A stretch of 64,000 nt of DNA, from NCBI GenBank assembly GCA_002684655.1, contig NYVR01000003.1, positions 22,974 through 86,973 on the forward strand, written 5' to 3'. Made by a program: the position numbers and the translations under genes. The DNA is from Planctomycetota bacterium. GTDB taxonomy: Bacteria > Planctomycetota > UBA1135 > UBA2386. Shown in pieces: positions 1 to 11,745 of the stretch; the first letter of the stretch is position 1, and each line of letters starts with the position of its first letter. Below the pieces are notes generated by a model. The model searched no databases. It saw nothing but the letters and a program-made list of their open reading frames with translations, and was not told the DNA's origin.

Positions 1-1422
<1,422 letters not shown>

Positions 1423-1441
1423 TTGACGGCGTCGTTGTTAG

Positions 1442-1873
1442 ATGCCCGACCACATACAGCCGTTTCACCACGCGTTCCCAGTAGACGATCTGGAGGCGGC
1501 GCGCCGATTTTACGTAGAGCTCCTCGGTTGTGGGGTCGGTCGCTCTAGCGATCTGTGGATGGATTTTGACCTCTTTGGTCACCAGATCGTCGCTCACCAT
1601 GTCGAGCGATCTCAACTTCCAGCCGTCAACCTAAACCCGGTCGACGGGGACGCTGTGCCCGTACCGCACTTTGGCGTGGTGTTGGAGTGGGGGGAGTGGC
1701 ATGCGTTCGCCGAGAGGTTGCGCGATCGCGGCGTCGCATTCGTCATCGAGCCGCGGATTCGGTTCGCGGGGTCCCCGGGCGAGCAAGCGACGATGTTCTT
1801 TCGCGACCCCGCAGGCAACGCCCTTGAGTTCAAATCGTTCCGCGAACCTGGTCAGCTTTTCGCCACGTCATAG
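1442..1873 (+). CDS. VOC/glyoxalase family protein
   Basis: [60 protein letters not shown]. Confidence 0.9.
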   Translation: MPDHIQPFHHAFPVDDLEAARRFYVELLGCGVGRSSDLWMDFDLFGHQIVAHHVERSQLPAVNLNPVDGDAVPVPHFGVVLEWGEWHAFAERLRDRGVAFVIEPRIRFAGSPGEQATMFFRDPAGNALEFKSFREPGQLFATS

Positions 1874-1917
1874 CGCGGGCTGGAACCTTCCTTGCCGTGG
1901 AGCCTTCCACGCCCGCG
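1874..1917 (+). terminator. Possible stem-loop after the VOC gene
   Basis: CGCGGGC-TGGAA ... TTCCA-C-GCCCGCG inverted repeat right after the stop codon; no U-tract. Confidence 0.3.
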
Positions 1918-1952
1918 TCGCCGCAGCTCGAAGAAGGGTCTAGTCGCGAGTC

Positions 1953-2582
1953 ATGGCCTCAAGAGATGGCCTGCGATGCGTCGATGACACGGACGTGAAG
2001 GGCATCGAAAAGATCACCTCTGTAAGGCTGGCGGAGATCCTCACTGAGCGGGGCGTGGTCTCCTCGGAGGTCATCACGGACGCCCTCTACGCGCAAGACA
2101 AGGACAGAGAGCCTTTCGCGCAGGTGCTGATCAATGGCGGGCACATTACAGAGTGGGACTTGGCGAAGATCGTCACGGAGAACTTCAACCTGCCGTTCTT
2201 GATGGCCGCGAACCACCAAATCAGTGAAGAAGCGAAGCTCCGCCTCCCTAAGGAATTGCTGTTTGAACACACGATCGTCCCGCTCGACACCTTCGGTGAC
2301 ATTGTGACGATCGTGATGCCTGTGATGCTCTCCTTCGACGACATCGCACAGATCCAAAAAGAGCACAACTGCGATCTCTTCCCGTACGTTGGGTTGGTGT
2401 CCGAGAACCGCAAGCTGTTGAGCCAGCTCTTCGATGACTACTCCAAGTGGTTGGAGTGCGACGCCAAGCGCCGTGAGCAACCTGATGGCCAGGCATCTCT
2501 AAGCGGTGGCAAGGCGGATAGCGATTGGATGAGCATCTTCGACGCGGGCGAAGAGGCGATCCAGCGATCACGCCGCAGCTGA
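1953..2582 (+). CDS. Stand-alone MshEN/GspE N-terminal domain protein (true start may be GTG 1996)
   Basis: RLAEILTERGVVSSEVITDALYAQ resembles the MshEN motif RLGxxL...LxxALxxQ; no ATPase domain follows. Confidence 0.7.
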   Translation: MASRDGLRCVDDTDVKGIEKITSVRLAEILTERGVVSSEVITDALYAQDKDREPFAQVLINGGHITEWDLAKIVTENFNLPFLMAANHQISEEAKLRLPKELLFEHTIVPLDTFGDIVTIVMPVMLSFDDIAQIQKEHNCDLFPYVGLVSENRKLLSQLFDDYSKWLECDAKRREQPDGQASLSGGKADSDWMSIFDAGEEAIQRSRRS

Positions 2583-2586
2583 AGTC

Positions 2587-2883
2587 TCACACCTCACGCT
2601 CGGCCTCCGGGTCATTCGCGGCTGCCATAGCTTGTCGCTCTAGGTCCTCGACGCTGATAACGCGCGATCTCAGAATTTCTTCGGCGCGCTTCGCTGCGTC
2701 TGTCGGGACCATGACCCGGACGTTGCTGATGTTCATCATCCGCTGGCTCATAGCGAACTCGTCGGCTGCCGAATCCCCGTCGACGAACGCAGGGATGCCT
2801 TCGGATCTCAGCACAGCTACGTAGATCTTGGCCTGCGCAGGGGTGCTCGCGACAGCGATGATGCGGCTGATAGGTTGGCTCAA
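2587..2883 (-). CDS. DUF2007-type putative signal-transducing protein
   Basis: AQAKIYVAVLRSEGIPAFV...VRVMVPTDAAKRAEEIL pattern; 4-bp overlap with the Tat gene. Confidence 0.75.
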   Translation of the reverse strand: MSQPISRIIAVASTPAQAKIYVAVLRSEGIPAFVDGDSAADEFAMSQRMMNISNVRVMVPTDAAKRAEEILRSRVISVEDLERQAMAAANDPEAEREV

Positions 2884-3284
2884 GATTCGTCTCCATCTTT
2901 ATCACCACCATCACGCGACGACGGCTCGGGGGACGGGTCTTCAACCTCAACAACAGGCTCATCATCACCGTCAGGGTCGATGGATGTCGACATCACCTCG
3001 TGGGTGAGGTCGCTCAGCGCGCCGGTCGGGTTGCTGACAGCGCGCGGAACCTTCGCGACATTTTTGACCTCACGCGCGGTGTCCGTGATCGCCTTTTTGA
3101 CGCCACCGATCTCTCCGTCTCGGTCGAGTTGATACTTGAAGTCCTGAAAGCTTCGCTTGAGCTGGGCGACGACCCGGCCGAGGCTCCGACCCGCATCAGG
3201 AAGGTTCCTGCCGTAGAGCAACAAACCGACGAAGAAGAGCAGGCCCATTTCCTGCCAGCCAAGCGATGAGAAGAGGGCGATCAC
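2880..3284 (-). CDS. Twin-arginine translocase TatA/TatB family subunit
   Basis: LGWQEMGLLFFVGLLLYGRNLPDAGRSLGR: TM helix, G hinge, amphipathic helix, acidic tail. Confidence 0.85.
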   Translation of the reverse strand: MIALFSSLGWQEMGLLFFVGLLLYGRNLPDAGRSLGRVVAQLKRSFQDFKYQLDRDGEIGGVKKAITDTAREVKNVAKVPRAVSNPTGALSDLTHEVMSTSIDPDGDDEPVVEVEDPSPEPSSRDGGDKDGDES

Positions 3285-3499
3285 GAGCGCTCCATCATAG
3301 CGCCAACAGCTCGCCGTAGGCCGGCGTCCCTTGGATCGCGACGTTGCGGTGTCATCGCAGGCGTCCCTACGCGCCGCGTCCTGTCTCGTTACGGCGCGCG
3401 CCGAGAGGTGGTAGCGCCTAGCTCTGCGAGAGAGCCTGGCACGGATGGGTTCTAAGGACTGGACCAGGGTGCCCCGTCTCCATACGTTCTTCCGCCCAC

Positions 3500-5092
3500 A
3501 TGAGCGCCAAACCGATCTTCTCCGTAGAGAAGCTGACCAAGAGCTATCAGGGCAAGAAGCCTGTCCTGAACGACATCAGCCTCGTCTTCTTAGAGGGCGC
3601 CAAGATCGGCGTCATTGGCCAGAACGGCGCGGGTAAGTCGACGCTGCTCCGCATCATGGCTGGCGACGACAAGGAGTATGAAGGCGTGGCTCGATTGGCC
3701 GACGGTAAGACCGTTGGCTATGTGCCGCAGGAGCCCAAGTTGATCGAGGACTTGACGGTTCGCGAGAACGTCGAGAAGGCCGTGGAGCCTATCCGCGACC
3801 TGCTCAAGCAGCACGAAGAGGTCTCGATGAAGCTGGGTGAAGACTTGGCGGCGGACGCCATGGACAAGGTCATGGCCGACTTTGAGCGACTGCAAAATGA
3901 GATCGAAGCCAAAGACGCGTGGGAGATCGACCGCTACGTCGAGACCGCGATGACAAAGCTCCACCTGCCGCCCGGCGATAAAAACGTCGCTGACTGCTCA
4001 GGCGGTGAGCGTCGCCGCGTAGCGCTCTGCAGGACGCTCTTGGAGTCGCCAGACCTGTTGCTGCTCGACGAACCAACCAACCACCTCGACGTTGAGACCG
4101 TCCGATGGCTGGAGGAACAGCTCGCCAACTACAAAGGCACGGTTGTCGTTATCACTCACGACCGATTCTTCTTGGACAACGTAGTTGGTTGGATGCTCGA
4201 GGTTTGGCATGGCCGCGCCATTCCGTACGAAGGCAACTACTCGGAGTACTTGATCCAGCGGGCCAAACGGATGGCGTCACAGGAGCAGGCGCAGCAAAAG
4301 CGCGCGAAGTTCCTTGAACGCGAGCTCGATTGGATCCGCATGAACCCGAAAGCGCGCGCGACAAAGAACAAGTCGCGTCTGAAGAACTACGACAAGATGG
4401 TCGAGGAGGAGATCGAGCAGTCGGACGACTCTGTCGAGCTGCAGATCCCAGCTGGTAAACGCCTCGGCGACACGATCATTCGCTTTGAGAAGGTCTACTT
4501 CTCATACGATGGGGACACGGACGTCTTAGAGAACGTCTCGTTCGACATGCAGCCAGGAGACATCCTGGGGATTGTTGGACCCAACGGCACGGGCAAGACG
4601 ACGTGCCTCAAGCTGATCACTGGCAAGTTAGAGCCACAGCAAGGGAAGGTCACGGTGGGTAAGACGGTCGATCTGTGCCACGTTGACCAGGAGCGGGAGA
4701 CGTTAGATCCCGAGCGGACTGTTTGGGAGGAGATCGCTGACAGTCAAGACATCATCAAGTTGGGCAAGCAGGAGATGAACAGCCGCAGCTACGTGGCGAA
4801 GTTCAACTTCACCGGACCGGATCAACAGCAGACGGTAGGGTCCCTCTCGGGTGGTCAGCGCAACCGGGTCCAGCTTGCAAAGATGCTCCGTCGTGGCGGC
4901 AACATGATCTTGTTGGACGAACCCACTAACGACTTGGACCTCGACACGCTGCGGGTCCTCGAAGAGGGCATTCAAAACTTTCCCGGTTGTATGGTGATCG
5001 TCTCCCACGACCGCTACTTCCTCGACCGCGTGTGCACCAAAATCCTGGATCTCGGCAACTACGAGCCGGGCAAGTTCTTGGATAGCCTGTGA
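3500..5092 (+). CDS. ettA: Energy-dependent translational throttle protein EttA (ABC-F)
   Basis: Two ABC domains (GQNGAGKST, GPNGTGKTT); EttA-type GAKIGVIG, THDRFFLDNVVGWMLE and ELDWIRMNPKAR. Confidence 0.9.
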   Translation: MSAKPIFSVEKLTKSYQGKKPVLNDISLVFLEGAKIGVIGQNGAGKSTLLRIMAGDDKEYEGVARLADGKTVGYVPQEPKLIEDLTVRENVEKAVEPIRDLLKQHEEVSMKLGEDLAADAMDKVMADFERLQNEIEAKDAWEIDRYVETAMTKLHLPPGDKNVADCSGGERRRVALCRTLLESPDLLLLDEPTNHLDVETVRWLEEQLANYKGTVVVITHDRFFLDNVVGWMLEVWHGRAIPYEGNYSEYLIQRAKRMASQEQAQQKRAKFLERELDWIRMNPKARATKNKSRLKNYDKMVEEEIEQSDDSVELQIPAGKRLGDTIIRFEKVYFSYDGDTDVLENVSFDMQPGDILGIVGPNGTGKTTCLKLITGKLEPQQGKVTVGKTVDLCHVDQERETLDPERTVWEEIADSQDIIKLGKQEMNSRSYVAKFNFTGPDQQQTVGSLSGGQRNRVQLAKMLRRGGNMILLDEPTNDLDLDTLRVLEEGIQNFPGCMVIVSHDRYFLDRVCTKILDLGNYEPGKFLDSL

Positions 5093-5243
5093 GATAGATC
5101 GCGCCGCCGGGTCGTCGCTTTTGGATCCGTAGCGCTGAGATTGGCGCGCGTCGATGGCCAACCGAACCTCGGCGAGGACGGCGGTGGAGCCGGGCGGTTT
5201 GCGCTTGGCGGACGTTCTGCGAAGCTGGAACATCGCCCGCAAC

Positions 5244-6266
5244 ATGAGAAGCACACTCTTTGCGGTCGCTGTCGCGACGTGCGCGATCGGTATTCGGAGT
5301 CAGGATCAGGTCACGCTCAGCAACGGCGACGTCGTCCACGGCAAGGTCGTCACGATGGCCGAGGGCAAGGTGACGATCCGATCAGCCTTGATGGGCGACG
5401 TCACCGTATCGATCACTGAGGTGATTGACTTAAAGACGGGCGACAAGGTGACCTTGAAGACCAACGAAGGTCGGACACTCCGTCGTCGCGTTGTCGGAAT
5501 CGAAGACGACAACCTCCGCCTCGATGGCGATGTGGAGGGTGGGGGATTGCTCGTGGCGAACATCGACATGATCAATCCGCCGGCGGACGACGCGCCGAAG
5601 TGGAGCGGATCCCTTAAGACGACCGCTCTATACACGAGCGGAAACACGCGTCGTGAATCCGTTGGGGTGTTGTTCGACGCGTCCCGATCGACCAAGAAGG
5701 ATCGCATCACCGTCGACGCGATCTGGAACTACGGAACCGATGAGGATGTCGCAACCGACGTGAAGACGCTGACACAGCGTCGCGCCGGTGGCGGCGTGAA
5801 ATACGACTTCTTCCTGAATGAGGGGTGGTATGCGCTCGGCACGGCGCGGGCGTTGGGCGACACACTCGCCGATCTTCAGCTTCGCTTTACGAGCGGTCTT
5901 GGCTTGGGATACACGATCATCGACGACGGCGTGACAACGCTCTTGTCTGAAGCGGGTCTCTCTTACTACATCGAGGACTACCGCACGTCCGGTCTCGCGT
6001 CGCAAGAGACCGTTTCGCTGCGGATCTCGTACAGGCTTGAGCACCAGATCAGCGAGGAAACCAAGTTGGTCCACAGGGTTGAGGCGTTCCCCTCCATCGA
6101 AGACGGTGAAGACTTCTACCTCCAAGCTGTCACCGAGCTGACGACCTCGTTGACCGACAGCATGGTCGCGTCTGTTGCGCACACAATTGACTACGACAAC
6201 ACGCCTGCTACCGGGCGCAAGAACGCCGACAACCGCGTTCTACTCACCGTCGGCTGGACCTTCTAG
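5244..6266 (+). CDS. DUF481/YdiY-like outer membrane beta-barrel protein
   Basis: Signal peptide from ATG 5244; DQVTLSNGDVVHGKV N-domain, W..S....YTSGNT, DYDNTPATG, C-terminal LTVGWTF beta-signal. Confidence 0.85.
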   Translation: MRSTLFAVAVATCAIGIRSQDQVTLSNGDVVHGKVVTMAEGKVTIRSALMGDVTVSITEVIDLKTGDKVTLKTNEGRTLRRRVVGIEDDNLRLDGDVEGGGLLVANIDMINPPADDAPKWSGSLKTTALYTSGNTRRESVGVLFDASRSTKKDRITVDAIWNYGTDEDVATDVKTLTQRRAGGGVKYDFFLNEGWYALGTARALGDTLADLQLRFTSGLGLGYTIIDDGVTTLLSEAGLSYYIEDYRTSGLASQETVSLRISYRLEHQISEETKLVHRVEAFPSIEDGEDFYLQAVTELTTSLTDSMVASVAHTIDYDNTPATGRKNADNRVLLTVGWTF

Positions 6267-8767
6267 TAGACGTAGCCGAACCGCTGGTCGGCCGCCGCGC
6301 CGCCGAAACGGCTGCGCCGACCACGCATCCCAGCGAAGGTCGGTTGGAAGTCTAAGCGGAACGTGGCCTCGTCGATGAACGGGTTGTAGGTGGCTGAAAC
6401 ACCAATGATCCAGCTCTGGTCTCTTCTGCTGATGCCGAAGGAGTAGTTGAGCAGCTCGTCGCGTTCGAGATCGCGCTGCGCTCTCCCGAAGAGCGACCAT
6501 CTACCAAAAACTTGAGTTCGCGCGCCAACACCAAGGACACCTTCGAGTTGGTTGTCTTCTCGATACTCAACAGTCCAGTCGAGCCCGGCGACGGGCCCGA
6601 CAGTCAGTTCGGTGTCTGAGGTCTGGACCCCCCTCTTCCAATCGAGGTCACCGTAGTGTGCGAGCACGAACCTCTCGAGCGGCAGCCAATGAAAGCTTGG
6701 TCGAAACAGCACGTCGTAGAACAACAACCCAAGCGTGTCGCCGTTGTTGTCTCGGTCGCGGTTCGGTAGCAAGTCTTGCGCGAGGTCCACGAAAATGACA
6801 TCGCGTGGCTGACGTCCGCTCGCGGTGTCGACCATCTTTTGAACCACGTTTCGCACCTCGAGGCGCACGAGCTCGCGCTCGACGAGCTGGTCGACCGTGT
6901 CGTATCCAAGTCGACGAAGGCGGGTAGCGTCCACGTCGTCATATTGGAAAAGGTCGGTCGGTGAATCATCGACGTGATACCGGTTCCTGTAGGTCAAACG
7001 CGGCGCAATAACGTGTCTCAAGCCGTCACGTTCACCTGCTTGGTTGAGCCAACTCCAGGTTCTGGAGAGCCTTGTTCCGACCTGTACGCCAGCTTCCATC
7101 GCCACGCGCTCCTCCGCGTCACCGGTGGGGGTGTCGTCGAAAAACGTGCCTCGTCCGCTCGCGTAAGGTCGGATGTTAAAAGAGCCGACGCGGAACGGCG
7201 CCGAGAGCTCGATGTGTTGGTCGGCGCGGAGAGAGCGGTCACTCGCGCGCTGCAACGAGCGGTCGTCGTAGGCGCTTCGCCGCTGTCCGACCTGGGTCTC
7301 GAGGTCGAGGACGATGGGTGTCTCCCAAGGAGTCGTTGCCACTGGCTGCGCTAGCCACTGGTATGTCATCACCGGTAGCTCTTCGATGAATCGGTCGGCT
7401 AAGGATCGATCGTCTCGGTAGCTGAAGTCGTTCAGGTTGAAGCGCGTCCCGACGGTAAGCAGGTGGTTTTCATCGGCGTGGTGCAGGTATGCGCTGGTCT
7501 CCGGCAGCTCAGCCCGCCTGTATGGGCCGATATAGAACTCGCTGTAGATAGACGGGTCAGACGATTGGAAGGCTTGCAGGTCGAGGTGGGTTCGCTCGCC
7601 GAGGTGGACGCGGTTCGCTGTCCGCGCGACCGTCCTGAGGGTCTCGTCGACGACGGTGCCGTCGAGGTTGTTGCGGATCTCGCGAACGTTCACACCTCCG
7701 TCATTGAGGTGTAGACCTTCGATCCACCCCTCATAGCGTCCATCGACGCCGTAGGTGAGCCGCGGCTCCATGACGACGCCGCGCTCTTGGATCCAACCGA
7801 CGCCGAGCTCCCACTCACCTCGGAACTCGTCGGCTGGTCGTCCGGTGAGCCACCGGTGCATCGCGCCGCCGGTCTGGTTCCACGGCGCGCCTAGGACGAC
7901 GCCTACTTGTGCGCCGAGTCGGTTTGAGTAACCGCCCGAGACGCTCTTGACCAGGAACGCGCTCTGGTCCCCTGTAAAGATGCGCGCGTCCGGTATAGGC
8001 AGCAAATCGATGCCGCCGAGCTGCAGCGTCTGTCCTCTAGATATGACCTCGAATTCGCCTGGCCGCTCGATGATCTCAGCTTCCCCAACGTGCAACGCTG
8101 CGCTGGGTGTAGAGGAGGTATCCGTCGTGATGGTGAGGTCCTCCCCAACCCAGCGCGGCCCTTGCTTGATCAGACGTGGGCCGCGAACCACCAGCTCCTG
8201 CCGACCAGATCCGTTGGTGATCTGATACCGGATCTCTGCGTTCTCGACGACGATGCGGTCGTCGATTGGAGATATCCACATGCGATCACAACGGAGGACT
8301 TCGACGCCGCGTTGTACGACGACGACGTCACCTTCGCAGTAGAGGTAGCGAAAGAGTCGGAGGGCCTCGTCGCCGACGGCTTCATTGTCGGTTGAGTTGG
8401 CCTGCGGAGCCTCGCCAACGGTCGCCAGCGTCCGCTGCAGGCGTCTCCTTATCGCTTCGGGTGACATGCGCCGCCGCGGCGATGGCTCTGGGAGCCCGCG
8501 AGTCGGCAGGCCTCTCCTCCGGCCGCGGTCGATAGCGCCCTGCATTGTCTCAAGGTCGTGGAGGATGAGCAGGTTGTCTCCGCGGACGGACAACCCGAGC
8601 GCTTCGACGGCGAATCGGAATCCTCCTTGTGCCTGGACCTCGTAATAGTCGTCTCGCTTTCGCGAGCGGAACGCGCCGTTCTGCAGCTGGTAGTCGGCGC
8701 GGTTGTCCTGGGCGTTCGCGACGCAAGCCATCGCGATCGTCGCTATGAACCAGTTGCGGGTCCTCAC
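6263..8767 (-). CDS. lptD: LPS-assembly protein LptD
   Basis: 834 aa with signal peptide, N-terminal OstA-like segment (YCEGDVVVVQ), barrel strands (LRHVIAPRLTY, SDPSIYSEF); last gene of the kdsD-kdsC operon. Confidence 0.8.
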   Translation of the reverse strand: MRTRNWFIATIAMACVANAQDNRADYQLQNGAFRSRKRDDYYEVQAQGGFRFAVEALGLSVRGDNLLILHDLETMQGAIDRGRRRGLPTRGLPEPSPRRRMSPEAIRRRLQRTLATVGEAPQANSTDNEAVGDEALRLFRYLYCEGDVVVVQRGVEVLRCDRMWISPIDDRIVVENAEIRYQITNGSGRQELVVRGPRLIKQGPRWVGEDLTITTDTSSTPSAALHVGEAEIIERPGEFEVISRGQTLQLGGIDLLPIPDARIFTGDQSAFLVKSVSGGYSNRLGAQVGVVLGAPWNQTGGAMHRWLTGRPADEFRGEWELGVGWIQERGVVMEPRLTYGVDGRYEGWIEGLHLNDGGVNVREIRNNLDGTVVDETLRTVARTANRVHLGERTHLDLQAFQSSDPSIYSEFYIGPYRRAELPETSAYLHHADENHLLTVGTRFNLNDFSYRDDRSLADRFIEELPVMTYQWLAQPVATTPWETPIVLDLETQVGQRRSAYDDRSLQRASDRSLRADQHIELSAPFRVGSFNIRPYASGRGTFFDDTPTGDAEERVAMEAGVQVGTRLSRTWSWLNQAGERDGLRHVIAPRLTYRNRYHVDDSPTDLFQYDDVDATRLRRLGYDTVDQLVERELVRLEVRNVVQKMVDTASGRQPRDVIFVDLAQDLLPNRDRDNNGDTLGLLFYDVLFRPSFHWLPLERFVLAHYGDLDWKRGVQTSDTELTVGPVAGLDWTVEYREDNQLEGVLGVGARTQVFGRWSLFGRAQRDLERDELLNYSFGISRRDQSWIIGVSATYNPFIDEATFRLDFQPTFAGMRGRRSRFGGAAADQRFGYVY

Positions 8768-11745
8768 TGGCGATAATCTCCGTTATCAGCGGCGTCGACA
8801 TCGGCCGTCGCCTGCCTCGCGCTGCTCGGACCGGTGCTTATCTCCCAGGTGAGGTAGTTGACCGAGATCCTGGGTGAGCGAAGCTCTCGGCCGTCGGGCA
8901 TGGTGATAATCGCGGCGCGCGGGTCGCTGGCGACGCACGTCTCCCGGAGCAGGTCGAGCTCGACCTTGTCAGCGCGCGCCCCGAGCCGCGGCCAGTCCAC
9001 GCGCACGTCTTCTCCGGTGATCCGTGAGACGTCGCCAGTGGTTGTCTGGCGCGTCATCAGGAGCTCTTTAGCGTCGATCTTGATCCCCTGCGGATCGACA
9101 GCCAACGTCGGCAGCAGGCTGGTCGCCTCAACCGGCCCAGTGAAGCGAACGGCGTCTGGATCGACGTATATGTCGCCGCGGCACACCGCCTGCATATGAG
9201 AGAGCATCCCTCGACCGCCTTTCTCATGCAGGGTCATGGTCGGGGACAACATGGTCGATCTTCCTTCGAACGTGCCGAGGGCCGAAAAGCGCACCTCTGC
9301 GTCGTTTTGCAAGCGGACCCTCGCGCCGCGGAGCACGACCTCGCGTTGACCCTGGCGTCGGCGCACCACCGCGGCCACCTGTGAGTCGGGGTCGCCAAGG
9401 AACAACGCAGAGGCGCCGCCTTGGCTTATCAGTAAACGCCGCCCGGTGCCCTCGACGTGGCCTTGCTCCTCGTCATCTAGTTCAAAAGATCGAACCTCAT
9501 CAACCAGCAACCAAGGAGCGGCGAGCGTGTGCGTCGCGAGGCCCGACAACGCGCCGCCGCCGCCGAAGTGAGCGGCGGTAGTCTCGGGGGTAAACACGAA
9601 CGGCAGGATTCGGATCCGCGCGGCTGCACACGTCACAGTAGCCGGTTCTTTTGACGCCGCTTGCGGGAGCACTGCGTAGACGCGAGCTAGGTCGTCATCT
9701 TCTGCACGCGTGTCCACGATCAAGGCGCGGCCACCTGCGTGGTGAACATCGATGTGCGGGCCGCGAAGCTCCACGCTGTAGTCGGCGTCGTGACGCTCGC
9801 TCCTCGAATTGTCGGACCAGCTCCTAGTGAGGCGCGGTAGCCGGTCGCTCTCGCTGAGCTCATTCCACGGTGACTCATCCTTCGTCACTGGCAAGAGCTT
9901 CAGGGAGCGCGGACCGACCTTGAGAATCTTTGGCGCTTGCGCTCGTAGGCGTTCGCCCCCCTGCGCGAACGTTGCTTGGACTGGTAGCCCCAAGACCTCC
10001 AACCTCAAGATGTCCTCACCATGAAGCGTCGCACGTAGCCTGCGGACCTTGCGTAGCTCCGTGTCGCTGTCTTCGAAGTATGCGGTGACTTCTTGGAATG
10101 GCGCCCTGAGGTCTAGCTCTGTTCGCGCGCCTTTTCGGCGGACCTCGCAGCCACCGGCTCCCTCCAGCGAGGAGCTGCCGTAGAGAACTCTATAACGGTG
10201 ATTTCTCCAGGCGGTCTCGTCTTCGTCGCCCGCTGGGCCCATGCGGAGCCGCTCCTCGTCGCCGGCGATCGCGAGGATCATCCCGTCGTTGCCCGAGGCT
10301 TGCTGTGTCGATCTTTGCGCGTCGGCTTGACCTGCAGTATCCGGGTTGCCTTTCATGGCAACGTCACCGAAGCCTTGGACGACCGTGCTGTCCGTGTCTA
10401 ACCGACGGGCTATCAGCATTCCCTCGGAGGCTGTTAGCATTTGTGAACCCCGCTCGACCTCAGCAGCGTCGGTGAGCACTACGACCTGCTGTTGTTGCAG
10501 GCACATCGTTGTCCAACTGGGGAACCCCATCATCACATGGAGCGCGCCAGCGGATTGCCCGGGCCTCACAAGGTGAATGCGTCGCGGTGACCTCCCAACC
10601 AAGAGACCGTCTTGACTGGATGACTCGTCGGTTTCCGTCTGCAAGACCCGCGAAGGTCCGCCGTGGGCTGTGATGACGGCGGGCTCTCCTAGCGGCCCTG
10701 GCCGCAACGTGATGCTTGGCGTCTCGACGCGTAGACCGGGCGTCTCGATCGTCGCAGTCGCTCCTGTGAGGACCAAGCGCTGCCAGATCATGTCGCCGCG
10801 TTGCCTACCTTTAAAAGCTGGTGAGGTGGGGCGTTCTCGCGAGCGGAGAAGCCAACCAGTGAACTGACTGCCGCGCGCGATCGACGCGGTTTGACCACCC
10901 CCTCGTGTGGCATCAGCGGAGCCAAGCTTTGCTTCCTGTAAGCGCAGCTCGACGCGTTCTTCTAGCTTGATTCGCGCGGCCCCCGAGACGAGGTCCTCTA
11001 CGTAGTGCATGCGACCGGCTGCCTGAACCTGCACATCCTCTGAGGTCAATTTTGGATCGGACAGGATGGTGACGGAGGCTTGCTTGAGGCTGCTTGCGCG
11101 GCTGCGGGGCAGCCGTGTCCGCGCACCCCTGCCAGTCAGCTTCGCGGAGCGTCGACCCTCCAGCTCGAGCGTGACCGGTTGGTCCTCAGCTGTCGTTAGC
11201 TGGATTTCCTCGTCGCCGACGTTGACCTTCGCGTCCCCGAGCTCGAGCCGCAAGCCCGCGAGGCGGCTGTCGGGTTCGCTCGTCACCACCGTGTCGCGGA
11301 GGTCGATGGCCTTGCTGTCGCTGATCTTTGGTTGCCCGTCGGCGCCGCGGCCGAGCTCAAGGAAGGCGCGGCTCGCGTTCAATGTGACGGCGTGCTTGTC
11401 GTCGTCGTACAGCTCAAGTTTGACGCCGGTGAGCTGTTGCAGCCCGTCGCCGATCGGTTGGCTGTCTTCTGCGCGGAGTATGAAGACGGTCTCTTTACGG
11501 ACACGGCCGTCGCCTAGGTCGACCTCTCGCTTCTTTGGGTAGACGAGCTTGCCGGACTGTGAAATGGTCGTGTTGACCTTGCCGCCAGCGACGCGGAGTC
11601 CGGGCTTCTGCTCGGGCCTCGGCTTGCTAGGCTCTTCTACTTGCTCGTCTTGTTGCGCGCGGACCGCGACTTCGTCACCGATTGCCACCTTCAGGGCGAT
11701 CAAACCGATCGCTAGCAAGAGCACGAAGGCGGCCAATCGCTTCAC
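8764..11745 (-). CDS. Large LptC/LptA-like beta-jellyroll protein (putative LPS export bridge)
   Basis: N-terminal TM helix, LptC-like VFILRAEDSQP...LTGVKLELY...VTLNASRA, C-terminal LptA-like IDAKEL...ARADKVELD...LRSPRISVNY; sits between kdsC and lptD with 4-bp overlaps. Confidence 0.6.
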   Translation of the reverse strand: MKRLAAFVLLLAIGLIALKVAIGDEVAVRAQQDEQVEEPSKPRPEQKPGLRVAGGKVNTTISQSGKLVYPKKREVDLGDGRVRKETVFILRAEDSQPIGDGLQQLTGVKLELYDDDKHAVTLNASRAFLELGRGADGQPKISDSKAIDLRDTVVTSEPDSRLAGLRLELGDAKVNVGDEEIQLTTAEDQPVTLELEGRRSAKLTGRGARTRLPRSRASSLKQASVTILSDPKLTSEDVQVQAAGRMHYVEDLVSGAARIKLEERVELRLQEAKLGSADATRGGGQTASIARGSQFTGWLLRSRERPTSPAFKGRQRGDMIWQRLVLTGATATIETPGLRVETPSITLRPGPLGEPAVITAHGGPSRVLQTETDESSSQDGLLVGRSPRRIHLVRPGQSAGALHVMMGFPSWTTMCLQQQQVVVLTDAAEVERGSQMLTASEGMLIARRLDTDSTVVQGFGDVAMKGNPDTAGQADAQRSTQQASGNDGMILAIAGDEERLRMGPAGDEDETAWRNHRYRVLYGSSSLEGAGGCEVRRKGARTELDLRAPFQEVTAYFEDSDTELRKVRRLRATLHGEDILRLEVLGLPVQATFAQGGERLRAQAPKILKVGPRSLKLLPVTKDESPWNELSESDRLPRLTRSWSDNSRSERHDADYSVELRGPHIDVHHAGGRALIVDTRAEDDDLARVYAVLPQAASKEPATVTCAAARIRILPFVFTPETTAAHFGGGGALSGLATHTLAAPWLLVDEVRSFELDDEEQGHVEGTGRRLLISQGGASALFLGDPDSQVAAVVRRRQGQREVVLRGARVRLQNDAEVRFSALGTFEGRSTMLSPTMTLHEKGGRGMLSHMQAVCRGDIYVDPDAVRFTGPVEATSLLPTLAVDPQGIKIDAKELLMTRQTTTGDVSRITGEDVRVDWPRLGARADKVELDLLRETCVASDPRAAIITMPDGRELRSPRISVNYLTWEISTGPSSARQATADVDAADNGDYRQ

